Shown: one piece after another, positions 45,913 through 55,705 of the stretch
Layout: every line of letters begins with the position of its first letter
Position numbering within the stretch: position 1 is the first letter of the stretch
Notes under the pieces: model-generated
What the model was told of the DNA's origin: nothing
What the model saw: the letters and a program-made list of their open reading frames with translations, nothing else
The model's database searches: none
Position numbers and translations under genes: made by a program
Assembly: GCA_045642385.1 (NCBI GenBank)
Contig: JAZUIT010000355.1
Location: 1 to 61,313, forward strand
DNA length: 61,313 nucleotides
Reading direction: 5' to 3'
Origin: Acutalibacteraceae bacterium
GTDB lineage: Bacteria > Bacillota > Clostridia > Oscillospirales > Acutalibacteraceae

Positions 45913-46403
45913 TAATTTTAGGCATTGACCCCGGTTATGCCATTGTAGGTTGGGGAGTAATTGACTACACCGGAAATAAGTTTAAAGTAATTGATTTCGG
46001 TGCTGTGACAACCGAGGCAAAAACAGATTTTGATTTTCGCCTTGAACAGATATATGACGAAATTAATTCTATTATAGAAAAATATCATCCCGAGGCTTTG
46101 TCCATTGAAAAGCTTTTCTATAATACGAACGCCAAAACGGTAATTGATGTGGGACAGGCGAGAGGTGTTTTGCTTTTAGCCGCAAGGAAGCATCACCTGA
46201 AAATATTTGAATATACTCCATTACAGGTAAAACAAAGTGTGGTAGGTTACGGCAGAGCTGAAAAAAAGCAGGTTCAGGAAATGACAAGGCTTATGCTTAA
46301 TTTAAAATCCGTACCAAAACCCGATGATACCGCAGATGCTTTGGCTATGGCAATATGCCACGCTCACGCAAGTAACTCTTTATTGTTGAAAGGATTAAAA
46401 TAA
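45909..46403 (+). CDS. ruvC: Crossover junction endodeoxyribonuclease RuvC
   Basis: ILGIDPGYAIVGWG, and DDTADALAMAICHA acidic catalytic residues. Confidence 0.92.
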   Translation: MIILGIDPGYAIVGWGVIDYTGNKFKVIDFGAVTTEAKTDFDFRLEQIYDEINSIIEKYHPEALSIEKLFYNTNAKTVIDVGQARGVLLLAARKHHLKIFEYTPLQVKQSVVGYGRAEKKQVQEMTRLMLNLKSVPKPDDTADALAMAICHAHASNSLLLKGLK

Positions 46404-47008
46404 TGTTTTATTCTTTGACGGGAAAAATTGTATATTATGATGAAGCCAATGTGGCTGTGTGTTGTTCTGGAGTTTCTTTTCTGTGTGCAACAACTACCAA
46501 CACATTAAATAAAATTGCAGGTTCAGATGATGAAATAACCCTGTATACCCATTTGAGTGTCCGTGAGGATGCTATGGATTTGTACGGCTTTTATGATAAA
46601 AAAGAGCTGGAATGTTTCAAGCTTCTGATAACCGTTTCCGGGGTAGGTCCCAAAATGGCGTTGGCTGTGCTTTCTAATATGACACCCACCGAGTTAGCGG
46701 TTGCAATAGCCGCAGAGGACGCAAAGGCTATAAGTGCCGCACCGGGATTAGGTGCAAAAAAGGCTAACAGAATTATACTTGAATTGAAAGAAAAAATGGC
46801 GGCAGGCATTCCGGAAAAAATCAATGTTTCCGATTTGGGCGGTGCTTTTGCTTCTTCATTAAAGGATAACGCAAGGGAAGCGGTGGATGCTCTGTGTGCC
46901 TTGGGTTACAGTAAGACGGAAGCCACAAACACAGTATCAAAGCTTGACCCGCATTTGTCCGTTGAAGAACTTATTAAGCTTGCTTTAAAAGCGATGTCAG
47001 TTTTATAA
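46403..47008 (+). CDS. ruvA: Holliday junction branch migration protein RuvA
   Basis: LYGF, and LITVSGVGPKMALAVLS plus PGLGAKKANRIILELK helix-hairpin-helix motifs. Confidence 0.92.
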   Translation: MFYSLTGKIVYYDEANVAVCCSGVSFLCATTTNTLNKIAGSDDEITLYTHLSVREDAMDLYGFYDKKELECFKLLITVSGVGPKMALAVLSNMTPTELAVAIAAEDAKAISAAPGLGAKKANRIILELKEKMAAGIPEKINVSDLGGAFASSLKDNAREAVDALCALGYSKTEATNTVSKLDPHLSVEELIKLALKAMSVL

Positions 47009-47018
47009 GAGGTAAATT

Positions 47019-48035
47019 ATGGATGATAGATTTGTAGACCCTGATTTTTCACAGGCTGACGGTGATATTGAGGTATCTTTAAGACCGAAAACTTTAAGTG
47101 AATATATAGGGCAGGACAAAGTTAAAGAAAATCTGAATATATATATGGAGGCGGCATTGAACAGGGGGGAAACCCTCGACCATGTATTGCTCTACGGTCC
47201 TCCGGGACTGGGTAAAACCACCCTTGCAAGTATAATTGCAAACCGTATGGGTGTAAATATCCGTATAACTTCCGGACCCGCTATTGAAAAACAGGGTGAT
47301 TTGGCTGCTTTGCTTACTAATTTGAGTGAGGGCGATGTGCTTTTCATTGACGAAATTCACCGTGTTTCAAAAAATATAAGCGAAATTTTGTACCCTGCCA
47401 TGGAGGACAATGCCCTTGACATAATTATAGGAAAAGGTCCTTCCGCAAGGTCAATAAGATTGGATTTACCCCATTTTACTTTGGTAGGTGCTACTACAAG
47501 GGCAGGACAGATTTCTGCTCCCTTGCGTGACAGATTCGGTGTGGTGCTTCGTTTACAATTATATACACCTGAACAATTAATGCAAATAATTACACGAAGT
47601 GCGGGCATACTAAATATTGAAATTGATGAGGATGGAGCTTATGAGATAGCTTCCCGTTCAAGAGGAACACCGAGAATTGCAAACAGACTTTTAAAGCGTG
47701 CAAGGGATTATGCTCAGGTTATGGGTGACGGAGTAATTACTCTTGAAACCGCAAGGCTTGCTTTGGAAAAAATGGAGATTGACGAACTGGGACTTGACTC
47801 CGTTGACAGGCATTTGCTTATGAGTATGATAGATAATTACAACGGAGGTCCCGTGGGACTTGAAACAATAGCCGCATTAATAGGCGAGGAAGCCGTCACA
47901 ATTGAGGATGTTTACGAGCCTTATTTAATGCAGATAGGATTTTTGAGCCGTACACCCCGTGGCAGAGTTGTTACCCCGGCAGGTTATGCACATTTCGGAA
48001 TCCCCGTTCCGGGACAGCAAAGTTTTAAATTTTAA
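47019..48035 (+). CDS. ruvB: Holliday junction DNA helicase RuvB
   Basis: [26 protein letters not shown] and [10 protein letters not shown]. Confidence 0.95.
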   Translation: MDDRFVDPDFSQADGDIEVSLRPKTLSEYIGQDKVKENLNIYMEAALNRGETLDHVLLYGPPGLGKTTLASIIANRMGVNIRITSGPAIEKQGDLAALLTNLSEGDVLFIDEIHRVSKNISEILYPAMEDNALDIIIGKGPSARSIRLDLPHFTLVGATTRAGQISAPLRDRFGVVLRLQLYTPEQLMQIITRSAGILNIEIDEDGAYEIASRSRGTPRIANRLLKRARDYAQVMGDGVITLETARLALEKMEIDELGLDSVDRHLLMSMIDNYNGGPVGLETIAALIGEEAVTIEDVYEPYLMQIGFLSRTPRGRVVTPAGYAHFGIPVPGQQSFKF

Positions 48036-48060
48036 TGTGCAATTAGCAATGTGCAATGGA

Positions 48061-48090
48061 TGGTGGGTTCCACCCACACCCATATTAATT
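48061..48090 (+). repeat. Copy C (divergent) of the GC-rich hairpin element
   Basis: TGGTGGGTTCCACCCACACCCATATTAATT. It has the hairpin GTGGGT-tcc-ACCCAC and the same 3' flank ACCC(n)AT(T)TTAATT as copy B. Confidence 0.55.
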
Positions 48091-48150
48091 GCTTTATCAA
48101 AGTTACAAATAATATTTTACAATGACATTTTGCTTTGCAAAATGCACCGA

Positions 48151-48167
48151 AACTCCTAACTCCTAAC
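48151..48167 (+). repeat. Tandem heptad AACTCCT-AACTCCT-AAC, the inverted counterpart of the GGAGTTAGGAGTT arm of copy B
   Basis: The reverse complement GTTAGGAGTTAGGAGTT matches 35123-35135. Confidence 0.55.
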
Positions 48168-48250
48168 TGAAAAGAAACTATTTTAAAGAATAAAATCTAT
48201 TTTTCACTCAATGGTTATAAATAGATAAAATTTAGAAAAGGAATGGTATT

Positions 48251-49600
48251 ATGGGTAGATTGTTCGGTACAGACGGTGCAAGAGGCGTTGCAAATACTGA
48301 AATTACATGTGAGCTTGCTATGCAGATAGGCAGAGCCGCTGCAATGGTTCTTGTGGATGAATCTATTGTGAGACCCCGTGTTATGATTGGTATGGATACG
48401 AGAATTTCTTCGGAAATGCTTGAATCCGCATTGGCTTCCGGTTTATGCTCCGTAGGAGCAGATGTAATGCTTTTGGGTGTAATTCCGACACCTGCGGTTG
48501 CTTTTCTTGTAAAAAGATACGGTTATGATGCAGGCATAATGATTTCCGCATCCCATAACTCATGCGAATATAACGGAATTAAAATTTTCCGCTCTGACGG
48601 ATATAAATTACCCGATGAGCTGGAAGAAAAAATAGAAAGCATTATCCTTGACGAAACAGCCACGCCGCCCGTTAAAATCGGCGGCGATGTGGGTAGAATT
48701 ACCCGTTCGGATATGGCAGTTTTTGATTATATTGAGCATGTCCGTTCAACTGTCGAACTTGATTTTTCCGGTATGGATTTGGCGTTTGACTGTGCCTGCG
48801 GTTCGGCTTGCGTTACGGCTTCCGAGTTGTTCATAAGATTGGGTGCAACCTGTCATGTAATTTCCGATACTTATAACGGTACGAATATTAACAGAGATTG
48901 CGGTTCAACTCACCTCGATAAGCTGAAAAAATATGTAGTTAAGCATAAGCTTATGGCAGGCTTTGCCTTTGACGGTGATGCTGACAGACTTTTGGCTGTT
49001 GACGAAAACGGCGAGGAAGTTGACGGTGACCAGATTATTGCCATCTGTGCCATGGATTTGAAAGAGCGCGGAAAGCTTAACAGAAATACCGTAGTGGGTA
49101 CAATTATGTCAAATATGGGACTTAAAAAGTTCTGCGAAGAACACGAGATTAATTTTGAAGCCACAAAAGTCGGTGACAGATATGTTCTTGAAAATATGGT
49201 TCAGAACGGCTATTCAATCGGCGGCGAGCAGTCAGGTCATATAATATTTAAAGAGTTTGCTACTACCGGCGACGGTCAGATTACGGCGGCACAGATAATT
49301 CAGATTATGAAAAGAACCGGCAAACCTTTGTCGGAGCTTAAAAAGATTATGACGGTTTATCCCCAGGTTCTTATTAATGTTAAGGTGTCAAAGCTCGGTA
49401 AAAACCGTTGCTCAACCGATAAAGAGGTGCAGTTTGCCGTTAAAAATGCCGAAAAAGAGCTGGGAAATGACGGCAGAGTGTTGTTAAGACCCTCAGGAAC
49501 CGAGCCTGTTATCCGTGTTATGGTAGAGGGCAAGGACGAGGAAAAAATTAAAAATCTTGCAAATGAAATTGCAGAGGTTGTAAAATACAGACTTATTTAA
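48251..49600 (+). CDS. glmM: Phosphoglucosamine mutase
   Basis: LFGTDGARG, phosphoserine loop SASHNSCEYNGIK, FDGDADR and GGEQSGH. Confidence 0.92.
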   Translation: MGRLFGTDGARGVANTEITCELAMQIGRAAAMVLVDESIVRPRVMIGMDTRISSEMLESALASGLCSVGADVMLLGVIPTPAVAFLVKRYGYDAGIMISASHNSCEYNGIKIFRSDGYKLPDELEEKIESIILDETATPPVKIGGDVGRITRSDMAVFDYIEHVRSTVELDFSGMDLAFDCACGSACVTASELFIRLGATCHVISDTYNGTNINRDCGSTHLDKLKKYVVKHKLMAGFAFDGDADRLLAVDENGEEVDGDQIIAICAMDLKERGKLNRNTVVGTIMSNMGLKKFCEEHEINFEATKVGDRYVLENMVQNGYSIGGEQSGHIIFKEFATTGDGQITAAQIIQIMKRTGKPLSELKKIMTVYPQVLINVKVSKLGKNRCSTDKEVQFAVKNAEKELGNDGRVLLRPSGTEPVIRVMVEGKDEEKIKNLANEIAEVVKYRLI

Positions 49601-49610
49601 CGGAGTAAAA

Positions 49611-50474
49611 ATGAGATTTTCTGATAATTGGAAGGATTATGAGCTGCTTGACAGCTCATGCGGTGAAAAATTGGAGCGTTGGGGGGATTATATTTTAATC
49701 CGCCCCGATCCTCAGGTTATATGGAAAACGCCTAAAAATCACCCCTTGTGGAAAAAAGCGGATGCAAGATATGTCCGTTCATCCACGGGCGGCGGTTATT
49801 GGGATGTGTTTAAAAAGCTTCCCGATGCCTGGCAGATAGGCTATAATGATTTGAAATTTAATGTAAAAACCATGGGATTTAAGCATACGGGTATTTTCCC
49901 GGAGCAGGCCGTCAACTGGGATTTGCTCACATCCGTCATAAAAAATGCGGACAGAAAGGTTAAGGTATTAAATCTTTTTGCCTATACCGGCGGTGCTACA
50001 ATAGCTTCATTGGCGGCAGGTGCGGATGTGGTTCATGTTGACGCTTCAAAGGGTATGGTTTTGTGGGCAAAGGAAAATGCGGTTGCCTCCGGCGTGCAGG
50101 ATAAATTTGTCCGCTGGATTGTGGATGACTGTATTAAATTTGCAAAGCGTGAAATCAGGCGCGGCAATACATACGATATTATAATTATGGATCCGCCGTC
50201 CTACGGCAGAGGTCCCAACGGCGAGGTTTGGAAGTTAGAAAACGAAATATATGAGTTTGTTGAGCTTTGTATGGGGCTTTTGTCACCTGACCCCCTTATG
50301 ATGCTTATTAATTCCTATACAACCGGAATTTCAACAGCGGTTATGAAATATATACTTGACGGACTTACAGAAAATTTGGGCGGTGTTACCCGTTGCGATG
50401 AAATCGGAATAAGAGTTTCGGGCACGGATAAAATTTTGCCCTGCGGCGGGAGTGCAATATGGACGAAAAAATAA
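49611..50474 (+). CDS. Class I SAM-dependent methyltransferase (RlmI/RlmK-like catalytic domain)
   Basis: [10 protein letters not shown] (motif I) and IIMDPPSYG (motif IV). Confidence 0.75.
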   Translation: MRFSDNWKDYELLDSSCGEKLERWGDYILIRPDPQVIWKTPKNHPLWKKADARYVRSSTGGGYWDVFKKLPDAWQIGYNDLKFNVKTMGFKHTGIFPEQAVNWDLLTSVIKNADRKVKVLNLFAYTGGATIASLAAGADVVHVDASKGMVLWAKENAVASGVQDKFVRWIVDDCIKFAKREIRRGNTYDIIIMDPPSYGRGPNGEVWKLENEIYEFVELCMGLLSPDPLMMLINSYTTGISTAVMKYILDGLTENLGGVTRCDEIGIRVSGTDKILPCGGSAIWTKK

Positions 50475-51310
50475 TAGAATTTAAAAATGTCAGCTTCCGT
50501 TATACTTCCGATGAGGAAGAAAAGGTTCTGCCATTGGCTGTAAATAATGTAAACCTCACAATAAATAAAGGTGAGTTTACGGTGGTATTAGGGCATAACG
50601 GTTCGGGAAAATCCACTCTTGCAAAGCTTTGTAATGCAATAAACATACCTACCGAAGGAAAGGTGCTTGTAAATGGTATGGATACTTCCCAAGAGGATAA
50701 AAAAATTGATATAAGAAAAACCGTGGGTATGGTTTTTCAAAATCCGGATAATCAGATTGTGGCAACTATTGTTGAGGATGATGTGGCTTTCGGATTGGAA
50801 AATTTAGGTGTAGAACCTAAGGAAATTCGCAGACGGGTTGACGAAGCTTTAAAAACCGTAGGTATGTACGAGTTTAAGGAATATGAACCCCACAAGCTGT
50901 CCGGCGGACAGAAGCAGAGGGTCGCAATAGCCGGTACTCTTGCTATGAAAACCGACTGTATTGTGCTTGACGAGCCGACAGCGATGCTCGACCCGGTGGG
51001 CAGAAAAGAGGTTATGAAAACCGTAAAAAGGCTTAATAAAGAGCTTGGTATAACCGTTTTATATATAACTCATTTTATGGATGAAGCCGTACAGGCGGAC
51101 AGAGTTATTGTCATGGATAAGGCAAGGGTCGTTATGGACTCAACACCGAAAAATGTGTTTAGAAATATTGATAAATTAAAGTCTATCGGTCTTGATGTTC
51201 CACAGGTGACAGAGCTTGCGGGACTTCTCAGAAAAGACGGAATAAATCTGCCCGATGATATATTAAATGTTGAAGAATTTACTCAAAGTATAATAAAGGA
51301 ATTAGTATAA
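50459..51310 (+). CDS. ecfA1: Energy-coupling factor transporter ATPase EcfA1
   Basis: [21 protein letters not shown] and LDEPTAMLD. Confidence 0.92.
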   Translation: MDEKIIEFKNVSFRYTSDEEEKVLPLAVNNVNLTINKGEFTVVLGHNGSGKSTLAKLCNAINIPTEGKVLVNGMDTSQEDKKIDIRKTVGMVFQNPDNQIVATIVEDDVAFGLENLGVEPKEIRRRVDEALKTVGMYEFKEYEPHKLSGGQKQRVAIAGTLAMKTDCIVLDEPTAMLDPVGRKEVMKTVKRLNKELGITVLYITHFMDEAVQADRVIVMDKARVVMDSTPKNVFRNIDKLKSIGLDVPQVTELAGLLRKDGINLPDDILNVEEFTQSIIKELV

Positions 51311-52170
51311 TGCCCATTTTGGAAACCAGAAATCTGTCACATGAATACAGCGTCGGAACACCGTACAGGTTTTCGGCAATTGAAAATGTAAATATCAGCA
51401 TCGAAAAGGGCGAGCTTGTTGGAATTATCGGACACACAGGCTCAGGTAAAAGTACCCTTATTCAGCATTTTAACGGACTGTTAAAGCCCTCAAAGGGACA
51501 GGTTTTAGTTGACGGTCAGGATATATGGCAGTCTAAGAAAACCGTTCATGAAGCAAGGTTTAAGGTGGGTTTGTGTTTTCAGTATCCCGAATATCAGCTT
51601 TTTGAGGAAACGGTTTATAAGGATATAGCCTTCGGTCCTAAAAATATGAATTTGTCCGGTGAAGAGCTTGACAAAGCTGTAAGAGAAGCCGCAGAATATG
51701 TTAATATTTCCCCGGCATATTTTAATAAATCTCCTTTTGATTTGTCGGGCGGTGAAAAAAGAAGAGTTGCAATTGCCGGTGTTATGGCGATGAAACCGGA
51801 AATTCTTGTACTTGATGAGCCTACCGCAGGACTTGACCCGGCAGGTCGTGACAGGATTTTTGCCATGATAAAAAATTACCGTCAGCAGACAGGTAAAACC
51901 GTAATTTTTGTTTCTCATTCCATGGAGGATGTGGCAAGGCTTGCAAAAAAAGTGCTTGTTATGAACAAGGCAAGGGTTGCAATGTATGATACGGTGGAAA
52001 ATGTTTTTTCCCGCTCAAAGGAGCTTGAAGACTATGGCTTGGCAGTTCCTCAGATAACAAAGGCGTTTATGTCACTTCGTGAAAAAGGTATTGATGTTCC
52101 CGAAAATATCTATACCGTAGAACAGGGAAGAGAAGTTCTTCTCTCTTTGATAAGGGGGAAGAAAAAATGA
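51310..52170 (+). CDS. ecfA2: Energy-coupling factor transporter ATPase EcfA2
   Basis: GHTGSGKST, LSGGEKRRVAIA and LDEPTAGLD. Confidence 0.92.
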   Translation: MPILETRNLSHEYSVGTPYRFSAIENVNISIEKGELVGIIGHTGSGKSTLIQHFNGLLKPSKGQVLVDGQDIWQSKKTVHEARFKVGLCFQYPEYQLFEETVYKDIAFGPKNMNLSGEELDKAVREAAEYVNISPAYFNKSPFDLSGGEKRRVAIAGVMAMKPEILVLDEPTAGLDPAGRDRIFAMIKNYRQQTGKTVIFVSHSMEDVARLAKKVLVMNKARVAMYDTVENVFSRSKELEDYGLAVPQITKAFMSLREKGIDVPENIYTVEQGREVLLSLIRGKKK

Positions 52171-52982
52171 TCAGAGATATTACCATAGGACAGTATTTTG
52201 CAGGAAATTCCCTGGTACACAGGCTTGACCCGAGAATAAAAATAGTGCTGACAATAGCATTTATAGTTGATATTTTCCTTGTGAAAAATTTCTGGTCGCT
52301 GGGACTAATGCTTGTAAGCTTGTTGGGAATTACTTTAATTTCAAAAATCCCTGTTAAAACAATATTAAAAAGTATAAAACCCTTGGCGGTTATCGTGATT
52401 TTTACTTCCATATTGAATATTTTTTATATTCAGGACGGTAAAATTTTATTTGAATTTAAATTTATAAAAATAACCGAATACGGACTTATTTTTTCGCTGT
52501 TTATGATAATCAGAATTGTGGCTTTGGTAATTGCAAGCTCTTTGCTCACCTACACCACAACCCCCACAATGCTTACAGATGCATTGGAAAGGCTTATGTC
52601 GCCCTTAAAAATATTTAAAATTCCCGTTTCAACTCTTGCTATGATGATGACCTTGGCACTGAGATTTATTCCGACTTTAATAGAAGAAGTGGATAAAATT
52701 ATGAACGCCCAAAAGGCAAGGGGTGCAAGCTTTGATACAGGGGGATTGTTAAGCAGAATAAAATCCCTTATTCCTGTTTTAATTCCTTTGTTCGTGTCTT
52801 CGTTCAGACGAGCTTATGAGCTGGCGTTTGCTATGGAATGTCGCTGTTATACCGGCAGTGACGGCAGGACGAAAATGAAATCCGTAAAAATTTCATTCAG
52901 AGATATTGTGTCCGTAATTATTGTTGCGGTATTTACAGCAGGAATTATTCTGTTAAATAAATTTTTTGCACATATAATATGA
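52167..52982 (+). CDS. ecfT: Energy-coupling factor transporter transmembrane component EcfT
   Basis: CbiQ-family multi-TM protein with the ARG coupling motifs (NAQKARGA, SFRRAYELAFAMECR). Confidence 0.9.
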   Translation: MIRDITIGQYFAGNSLVHRLDPRIKIVLTIAFIVDIFLVKNFWSLGLMLVSLLGITLISKIPVKTILKSIKPLAVIVIFTSILNIFYIQDGKILFEFKFIKITEYGLIFSLFMIIRIVALVIASSLLTYTTTPTMLTDALERLMSPLKIFKIPVSTLAMMMTLALRFIPTLIEEVDKIMNAQKARGASFDTGGLLSRIKSLIPVLIPLFVSSFRRAYELAFAMECRCYTGSDGRTKMKSVKISFRDIVSVIIVAVFTAGIILLNKFFAHII

Positions 52983-52989
52983 GGTAAAA

Positions 52990-53736
52990 ATGAGAAATAT
53001 TTTATTGAAGCTTTCTTTCTGCGGTACAAATTATCACGGCTGGCAGGTTCAGGATAACGCAGATACGGTTCAGGGATTTGTTGAAAATGCGCTGTCAAAA
53101 ATATTTTCGCAAAAAATCCGTGTGAACGGTTGCAGCAGGACGGATGCAGGTGTACACGCAAATGAATTTTTCTGTAATTTTAAAACTGAAAATCCGATGC
53201 CCTGCGATAAAATTATCAAAGCTTTAAACGGAAATTTGCCCTTTGACATAAGTGTACTCGGTTGCTTTGATGTTGCGGAAAGCTTTCACGCAAGATTTGA
53301 CTGTGAAAAAAAGGAATACATTTATAAAATATGGAATACGGAAATCAGGAATCCTTTTTTTGAAAAAACTCATTTGCATTACAAATACATATTAGATGAA
53401 AAAATTTTAAATGAAGCTTCAAAAAGTTTTTTGGGTACTCACGATTTTGCCGGTTTCTGTTCGGTTGGCAGTCAGGTCGAAAGCACGGTGAGAACCGTTA
53501 AAGATATAGGTGTTGAAAGGCAGGGTAACGAGGTAATTTTTCATATTACCGCCGACGGATTTTTATATAATATGGTGCGAATAATTACCGGTACTTTATT
53601 GTATGTGGCGCAGGGAAAAATACAGGCTGATGATTTGTCCGATATAATAGAAAGCAGGGACAGAAACAGGGCAGGGATAACAGCACCTGCTCACGGACTT
53701 TATCTTAATAAGGTCAGTTACGGGGTGAATTTATGA
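52990..53736 (+). CDS. truA: tRNA pseudouridine(38-40) synthase
   Basis: YHGWQ and the GCSRTDAGVHA catalytic Asp loop. Confidence 0.93.
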   Translation: MRNILLKLSFCGTNYHGWQVQDNADTVQGFVENALSKIFSQKIRVNGCSRTDAGVHANEFFCNFKTENPMPCDKIIKALNGNLPFDISVLGCFDVAESFHARFDCEKKEYIYKIWNTEIRNPFFEKTHLHYKYILDEKILNEASKSFLGTHDFAGFCSVGSQVESTVRTVKDIGVERQGNEVIFHITADGFLYNMVRIITGTLLYVAQGKIQADDLSDIIESRDRNRAGITAPAHGLYLNKVSYGVNL

Positions 53737-54893
53737 ATAAAAGCAAAAATAAAACAAAACCGTCAAAAATAGTTGTTTCAGTATTTTTGATAATCTTTAT
53801 TTTTATAATATTATTTTTAATTGCGGGAACAATGAACGGAGTTTCCTTTGCAAGTGCCGCAAAGGGCATTTCGGATTTTTTCGAAACAATGAGCTCCGGC
53901 GACGGCTATCCTTACGAGGATAATGTTTCCGACATTGATGCAGTAAAAACGGTAGACGGTAAACTGATTATTTTAACAAATGACAGGACATATATGCTTG
54001 ATAATACCGCAAAGAAAACAAGCGAGCAACAGCATATTTATTCTTTACCGGCATTGAGAACCAACGAAAATAAATATCTTGTGTTTGACCGTGGTTCGGG
54101 AAAAATCCGTTTACATAATAAGTCAAAAATAATTTGGGAAGAGGATTTAAAGCAGAATATTCTGTCAGCGGATATTTCTTCAAGCGGTAGAATTGTTGCA
54201 GCAACAAAAGGAAAAAGCTCCAAATGTACTATGGAGGTGCTGTCAAAAAGTAAGGATGTGCTTTTTAAATGGGAATGTTCATCGGGCTATATTGTAGATG
54301 TTGCAATTTCAGATAACGGAAAAAAGTGTGCTGCTATCGTTCTTTCGCAAAAGGATGCGGAAATTCTTTCAACGGTGTATATTTTTTCTTTAAGCTCTGC
54401 TGAACCGACAGGAAAAATTGAGTTCTCAAAATCAGCACTGTTTAATGTTTCTTTTACACGGGGAAACAAGATTGAAGTTTTAGGAGATAATGTAAGAAGT
54501 ATAATAAGCTCAAATAATAAGCGTGAGGATGACGAACTGTTTAACAGCAATACTCTTGCAAATTATTATGTAAGCTCAAACGGAAATTCCGTGTTGCAGT
54601 TTTTAAAATATTCGGGTATTAATTCCAATATTATTGTTTTTTATAACGAGTACGGAAAAGAAATATGCAGAGCTGAAATTTCAAGCAGTGTGAAAAAAGT
54701 TGCCTGCGGTGAAAGCTATTTTGCAGTTCAATGTGCGGACAAAGTATATTGCTATAACAGACGGGGCAAAAAAATCGGTGAGATTGAGGTTCAGGGCGAT
54801 ATAAAGGAAATGACTATAATCGGTTCGAAATGTTATGTTTTTTCATCAGGTATCATTAACAGGTACAGTGTGAGAAATAATATTGATAAATAA
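53733..54893 (+). CDS. Membrane-anchored hypothetical protein with beta-propeller-like repeats (DUF5711-like)
   Basis: N-terminal TM helix VVSVFLIIFIFIILFLIAG, followed by repeated beta-strand-rich segments. The start overlaps the truA stop. Confidence 0.55.
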   Translation: MNKSKNKTKPSKIVVSVFLIIFIFIILFLIAGTMNGVSFASAAKGISDFFETMSSGDGYPYEDNVSDIDAVKTVDGKLIILTNDRTYMLDNTAKKTSEQQHIYSLPALRTNENKYLVFDRGSGKIRLHNKSKIIWEEDLKQNILSADISSSGRIVAATKGKSSKCTMEVLSKSKDVLFKWECSSGYIVDVAISDNGKKCAAIVLSQKDAEILSTVYIFSLSSAEPTGKIEFSKSALFNVSFTRGNKIEVLGDNVRSIISSNNKREDDELFNSNTLANYYVSSNGNSVLQFLKYSGINSNIIVFYNEYGKEICRAEISSSVKKVACGESYFAVQCADKVYCYNRRGKKIGEIEVQGDIKEMTIIGSKCYVFSSGIINRYSVRNNIDK

Positions 54894-54971
54894 TATTACA
54901 AAAGATTTACCTTTTTCACTTGTTATTTTTGCCTTATCGTGATACAATTATCCAATATGGGAGATGAGATT

Positions 54972-55688
54972 ATGGTCAGCATCTTAGATGTTATTTTTGC
55001 CGTGATATTAATAATTTTCGCTGCAATAGGATTATTTAAAGGTATGGTAAAAAGCCTTATCGGGGTTTTGTCAACGGTGTTTTCCGTATGTGCTTCTTAT
55101 TTCATAAGTAAATATTTATCGGATGTGCTGTATGATAAGCTTTTCGGTGAAAAAATAGTTGCGGCAATATCGGAAAAAATCGAAGAAACAGGGATTGAAC
55201 AGACAGCAGTACATATAAAATCAATTCTCGACAGCATACCGAAGTTTATATATAATTTTGCTTCAAAGCACGGCTTCAGCTCCGTGAATATTTCAAAGGA
55301 AATTTCAAAGCTTGATTTGTCCGGCGAGGATGCGGCATATAAGCTGTCCGAAACGGTTGTCAGACCGGCGATGACAGGTGTAATGCGTATAATAATTTTT
55401 ATAGCCCTGGTGATAATATGCTCAATTATTTTAGGTTTGCTTGCAAGAGTTATCTGTAAAACGGTGGATAATTCTCCGGTCAGGCTGTTTGACAGGCTTT
55501 TGGGTTTGGCATTCGGTGCATTTAAGGGCGCAATTATTGTGGTTGTGTTGGCTGTGGTTATTGTCTTTGCTGCCGGACTTGTGCCGGAGAAAAAGACAGA
55601 CAGTAATAAATCGGATATTGATATAAACAGTTCGTATGTAATATCCTTTTTACAGGAAAAAAGTGATATGTTGAATATTAAAATCTAA
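54972..55688 (+). CDS. cvpA: CvpA family membrane protein
   Basis: ILDVIFAVILIIFAAIGLFKGMVKSL N-terminus is typical of CvpA, with four TM segments. ATG 54972 is preceded by GGGAGATGAG. Confidence 0.7.
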   Translation: MVSILDVIFAVILIIFAAIGLFKGMVKSLIGVLSTVFSVCASYFISKYLSDVLYDKLFGEKIVAAISEKIEETGIEQTAVHIKSILDSIPKFIYNFASKHGFSSVNISKEISKLDLSGEDAAYKLSETVVRPAMTGVMRIIIFIALVIICSIILGLLARVICKTVDNSPVRLFDRLLGLAFGAFKGAIIVVVLAVVIVFAAGLVPEKKTDSNKSDIDINSSYVISFLQEKSDMLNIKI

Positions 55689-55705
55689 TTCTGGAGGAAA
55701 TATAT

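Noticed and set aside
47959-48159. A 66-aa + strand ORF spanning the ruvB 3' end and the ruvB-glmM spacer
   Set aside because: It is out of frame within ruvB, has no RBS, and its sequence is dictated by the repeat and hairpin elements in the spacer.
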